Below are positions 61,108 to 64,000 of a stretch of DNA of 64,000 nucleotides, piece by piece. The DNA comes from the human T2T-CHM13v2.0 reference genome, Homo sapiens, in assembly GCF_009914755.1 (NCBI RefSeq), contig NC_060929.1, one strand, 5' to 3'. The position numbers and the translations under genes are program-made. The notes under the pieces were generated by a model, which saw only the letters and a list, made by a program, of their open reading frames with translations, ran no database searches and was not told where the DNA came from. Position 1 is the first letter of the stretch. Every line of letters starts with the position of its first letter.

Positions 61108-62957
61108 AAAAAAAAGTCACAAATTAAGAGAAAGTGTTAATTGATTTGAGAGTTTGTGTATTTTTTTTTCCTATTTTGTGCTGAAAAGCTGAAGTTGGCA
61201 TCAACCAAGGCATATTGTTATCTATGTATCAAGCTAAATAATTTAAAGATCTTTAAGACTATTAATTCAGAGATGCTGTATAAATAGAATCAGTGCCAGA
61301 TTTTTTGTTTCAATTCTATCAGCCAAGTATACTATGCTTTCTTTGCTTGTGATAGAAAAAAGAGAGAAAAAACACAGAAGCAAAAAGTAAAGTTGTACAA
61401 TAGTGTGTAGAGTGTGGTTCCATTTTGTAAAATGTATCAGTGTGTATATTTATATAGCATAGTCAAAAGCCTGGAGTGATATAAATTTTCTGTTACTGGT
61501 CTAGTATACAAGGGAATTAGATTTTAAAGGACTTTCATTGTTTTTAACAATTCTGAACAAATTTAATTTGGTACAAGAAGTATATATTTTAAATATTATT
61601 GAACTTAATTAAAATAAATTAGAGCTCAAAAAATAAATAAATCACAGGAAGTTCACAGTCTGACTTTATCAGGAATGTTGCTATTTTCTTAACAGGTCAT
61701 CAAACATTATCACTGATGCTTGGAAAGAAGCACTTTTTATAATTTAAAAATACCTTTTATTCTTCAACTTCTGCTGGCTTAAAGAGCACTAAATCCACAT
61801 ATCCTAGGAGGCATGGCTGTCCAATATATACTATGTGTACATTGATTTATGAACCAATAAATGTTTCATACACAGTTGAGATTTTAAATGAGCTTATGAT
61901 AATTGGATCAAAGGAATACTAGTCCAGCTTGAGAGTACTGCAGAAAACCAATCACAGAAAGCTATGATGAAATTTTAATTATAAAGGATATTGAATATCC
62001 TAGAGTGACAACTCTGTTATAATAAATGTAACACTGAATGGGAAAGAGAGAAAGGAGATTTTTACCCATTTCTGTTTGAAATCAACTTTCTATTTCTAGT
62101 AAATTATCACACCATTCTGTTTTAATTTTTATATCTTAAAGTTATCATTCCAGTGTCTTTGGTTTACTGGGTTTATAAAAGAATTGACCAGTAGCTATAT
62201 AATAGATATAGAAAAGTCTGCCTGGGTGTGGTGGCTCATACTTGTAATAATATTATATTATAATTGTTCTATTTTATTATTAGTTATTGTTGCTAATCTT
62301 TTACTGTACCTAATTTATACATTAAGCTTTATCATGGGTATGTATGTATAGGAAAAAATGCAGTATATATAGAATTCAGTATTATCCTTGGTTTCGGACA
62401 TTCAGCAGGGGTCCGAAGGTGGGCGAGGTGAGCCCACTTTGGGAGGCCAAAGTGGGCAGATTGCTTGATCCCAGGAGTTCAGGACCAGTCTGGGCAACAT
62501 GGTGAAATGCTGTCCTTACAAAAAATACAAAAATTATCTGGGCATGATAGTGCATGACTGTAGTCCCAGCTACCCAGGAGCCTGAGGTGGGAGCATCACT
62601 GAGCCCGGTGGTTGAAGCTGCAATAAGTTTTGATTATGCTACTGCACTCCAGCGGGACAACTGAGTGAGACCCTGTCTCAAAAAAAAAAGTCACAAATTA
62701 AGATAAAGTGTTGATTGATCTGAGAATTTGTGTATTTTTTTCTATTTTGTGCTGAAAAGCTGAAGTTGGCATCAATCAAGGCATATTGTTATATATGGAT
62801 CAAACTAAAAAATTTTAAGATCTTTAAGACCATTAATTCAGAGATGCTGTATAAATAGAATCAGTACTAGATTTTTTGTTTCAATTCTATCAGCCAAGTA
62901 TAACATGCTTTTCTTGCTTGTGATAGAAAAAAAGAGAGAAAAAACACAAAAGCAAAA
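61108..62957. repeat. Local direct duplication of ~278 bp (61108-61385 and 62682-62957)
   Basis: aaaagtcacaaattaaga...aaaaacaca.aagcaaaa occurs twice, roughly 90% identical by eye. Confidence 0.9.
62220..62689 (+). mobile_element. AluJ interrupted at ~62249-62432 by a copied MER44 segment
   Basis: gcctgggtgtggtggctcatacttgtaat ... ccactttgggaggcc...ctgtctcaaaa. Confidence 0.8.
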
Positions 62958-64000
62958 TTGAAGAATTTGTAAATCATTTCTAAATAATTTCAATAAAATG
63001 AGCTTTGAAAGGGAAAATTTTTAGATAACATTATCTCATCAAAATGCCTTAAAGTATATTTTAATATTCAGTAAGAACAGTGTATATTAACATGGCTAAT
63101 TTAGAGGATTTATATTTTACCCACATGATAATGTATTATGCCTGTAACTGCTAAAGGAATTATGTAGCAAAATCTGTCAAGGAATACACGAGTGGGATTT
63201 ATATCAGAAAAATCAAAGCCATTTGTAAAGCCCCATTACTTAGGCAGAATATCATAGGTAGGAGGTAGATGTTACTGAAAGAAGAAGTTGGGATATGAAA
63301 TACAAATCTATTTTGCATCATGATTTTGTTAAGTCCGGCTGTTTATTATTAAAAACATGTACAGAAGATTCAATTGAAGTTTCTAAAAGAGAAAGAAACT
63401 TGTAGTTGTGGGAACAATAGTATTCCTTATGAAATACTTAGATATTAATAGCTTGAGACTGATAATACAATTCTTAAGTTAGGGGTTGCATGTGTAGTGG
63501 TCAGATGTTATTTCAGGATCTCAAGAAACAGAGCCATGGTAAAAAGAAGCTTCCTGGAGCTTCTGATAAATTCCGTCACCTTTTTGGGACCCAGTTTCTT
63601 CATCCATACCAACCTCATTAGGGTCCTGTGAGAAGTACATGAGGTGAGATATGTACTGAAATAATATGCCAACTCTTAAGTGCCAAGACATTAGGATGCA
63701 AGGGGGGGTGCCCAAAAAGTCAACAATTACTTGATACTCTAGATATATGTATGGATAATTTTGAGAAGTAATCCTTCTTACACAGAGGTGTAGGTTTGTT
63801 TGTTCCAAGCAGCAAACATAATGGGTATAGGAAAGAGAAACTGTGGCCTTCATATAGACTGAGCTTAGGAAAACAGTTGGAAAACAGTTCAAATTCAAGG
63901 TACTTCAACAATATCTAGTGTGTTTTTGAAATATATTTTTAAAACCCCTATCCAAATCAATGAATGCTTTGGCTAAAACCTACTTGGGAATGAGGGTGTT

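Overview
This is human (or great-ape) genomic DNA from the clustered protocadherin-alpha locus. The only real gene content is the large variable first exon of PCDHAC1 (ATG 30192, splice donor after 32624, read-through stop 32648) with its CpG-island promoter and CTCF/CSE-like sites. The rest is intron and is mostly transposable elements. Bases 1-21.8 kb are a multi-level nest: old L1 > full-length L1MA > composite L1PB insert > complete HERV-L/MLT2A provirus. Further on are many Alus, MLT1/MST/THE1 LTR elements, MER3/MER44 DNA transposons and more L1s. I found no new gene system. The most interesting unexplained structure is: (i) a probable L1PB 3' transduction carrying ~750 bp of orphan unique DNA, joined to its host L1 at the homologous position; (ii) two local templated-copy scars (13.3 kb and 62.2-63 kb); (iii) an out-of-frame, strong-Kozak uORF overlapping the PCDHAC1 start; (iv) a 27-bp-period duplication and two candidate CTCF sites in the promoter; (v) an Alu fragment replacing part of an MST provirus; (vi) DUX4-type motifs in LTRs on both sides of PCDHAC1. 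Repeat subfamily names come from recalled consensus features and need RepeatMasker/Dfam confirmation.
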